DNA of 63,089 nucleotides, counting the filler, from Octopus bimaculoides (taxonomy: Eukaryota): assembly GCF_001194135.2 (NCBI RefSeq). It is 4 parts of 4 records of this genome, joined end to end, with 100 filler letters (N's around TTAATTAATTAA, not from the genome) between each part and the next. Parts side by side here need not be neighbours in the genome. Positions count along the whole stretch, not along the records: positions 53,018 to 63,089 come from NC_068993.1; 3 more parts are not named here. The stretch is one strand, 5' to 3'. The notes beneath the pieces are model-generated. The model saw only the letters and a list, made by a program, of their open reading frames with translations, was not told the origin of the DNA and made no database searches. The translations under genes were made by a program, and so were the position numbers. How positions within the stretch are numbered: the first letter of the stretch is position 1; every line of letters begins with the position of its first letter. Below, in pieces: positions 62,229 to 63,089 of this stretch.

Positions 62229-62508
62229 CCCTAACCCTAACCCTAACCCTATCACCGATAGAATTGTTTCAGAATCGTTTGTTTATGTAGTCGGCACTTA
62301 ATGTATATCGGCTGAATGGACGTCAGTTATTGGTTGAAATTACAGAAATACGACAACTTTAACATGGAATAAGTTAGGGATTTCTTTTTTTTTAAAGAAG
62401 ACTAAGAGAAAAAGATGTTTTATATGACACATTCTACCAGTGTTCCAAGTTTCAAAGTGTTTCGTTAATGAAAAATGTGGCCCCCGTTTTAAAAAAGATC
62501 CTCTGTCT
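62229..62508. repeat. Duplicate of the apex and right arm of the 61122-61632 element
   Basis: Matches 61366-61638 as read, including the ctctgtc flank; begins with an extra CCCTAA unit. Confidence 0.85.
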
Positions 62509-62609
62509 ATCTATATTTATATATTGAGGGTGATAAATTGAATATTAATTTCAATTTAAAACCAGTGGTCTAGCATATAAAAAATCTGATAATCCAGAAA
62601 AATTGTATT

Positions 62610-63089
62610 ACATGTGTATAAGAAGGGATGACCACAAGGTGGACATCCAATATGCTAGAAAGAGGTCATCCACGACCCAACCACAAAGGAAAATAATGTT
62701 CTCCAGAACGTATATATACATATATATGTATATATATGGGAGAATATACAAAAAATAACAACAGACGAGGACAGGTGGTGTAAATAACAAAAGTATATAT
62801 TAGTATGACGCTCGGGAATACGGAAAGTCTTTGACGTTTCGAGCTACGCTCTTCAACAGAAAGAATACGGAGACAAGGAGAAAAACACGGAGAAAAAAAA
62901 TTGAATAGTGTTCAGTCAACGGTCAATCATAATAATGGCCGATCATAACAATGACTGACCGGAAGTTAGAAATTCTTATTTCAGGAGAGCTAAGAAAGGG
63001 GGAGATAACAAACGGTGATCGGGAACGAGGGGCTGTGTGTGGGAGGTAGACTGCTGGTGATCTTGACGTATGTAGTGTGAAAATGGGGG
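62610..63089 (-). mobile_element. Penelope-like element terminal region, family F (runs off the window)
   Basis: Contains the family F blocks and a hammerhead; no ORF visible. Confidence 0.55.
62828..62864 (-). ncRNA. Hammerhead-like motif, CUGUUGA core (family F, best-paired copy)
   Basis: Minus strand TCTTT-CTGTTGA-A-GAGC(gta)GCTC-GAAA-C-GTC-AAAGA with perfect stems I and II and a GUC triplet. Confidence 0.6.

Noticed and set aside
6155-62234. Long ORFs (150-400 aa) in the supplied track
   Set aside because: They consist of X from N gaps plus YI/HT/CV/II dipeptide runs from microsatellites.
1-63089. CRISPR array, rRNA or prokaryotic operon
   Set aside because: No regularly spaced repeat-spacer structure, no rRNA-like sequence and no gene-dense organisation.

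Overview
AT-rich, gap-ridden (many N runs), repeat-saturated animal genomic DNA. The SINE set, the (TA)n/(CA)n/(AAT)n/(CATA)n density and the transposon mix strongly resemble octopus (cephalopod) intergenic or intronic sequence; this is an inference. No intact host gene is supported, and nearly all ORFs in the supplied track are microsatellite or N-run artefacts. The window contains four tRNA-derived SINE families (my labels A-D) and decayed non-LTR retrotransposons (R4/Dong-like and Hero-like REL-endonuclease elements, RTE, CR1-like). It also holds relics of DNA transposons (Chapaev3-like, hAT, Tc1/mariner, piggyBac-like and Merlin-like MITEs, Helitron-like), a Gypsy RT relic and possible solo LTRs. 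Most notable: (1) six minimal type-I hammerhead ribozyme motifs in three Penelope-like repeat families, including three copies that share a non-canonical CUG-U-N-GA core and one with a CCGACGA core and palindromic stem III; (2) two sequence-unrelated foldback elements that both carry (CCCTAA)n telomeric repeats at the hairpin apex, one with an exact 8-bp TSD; (3) REL retrotransposons that appear tied to (TAA)n versus (CATA)n microsatellites; (4) one candidate symmetric phase-1 exon. All family assignments come from motif recognition by eye; no database search was run.
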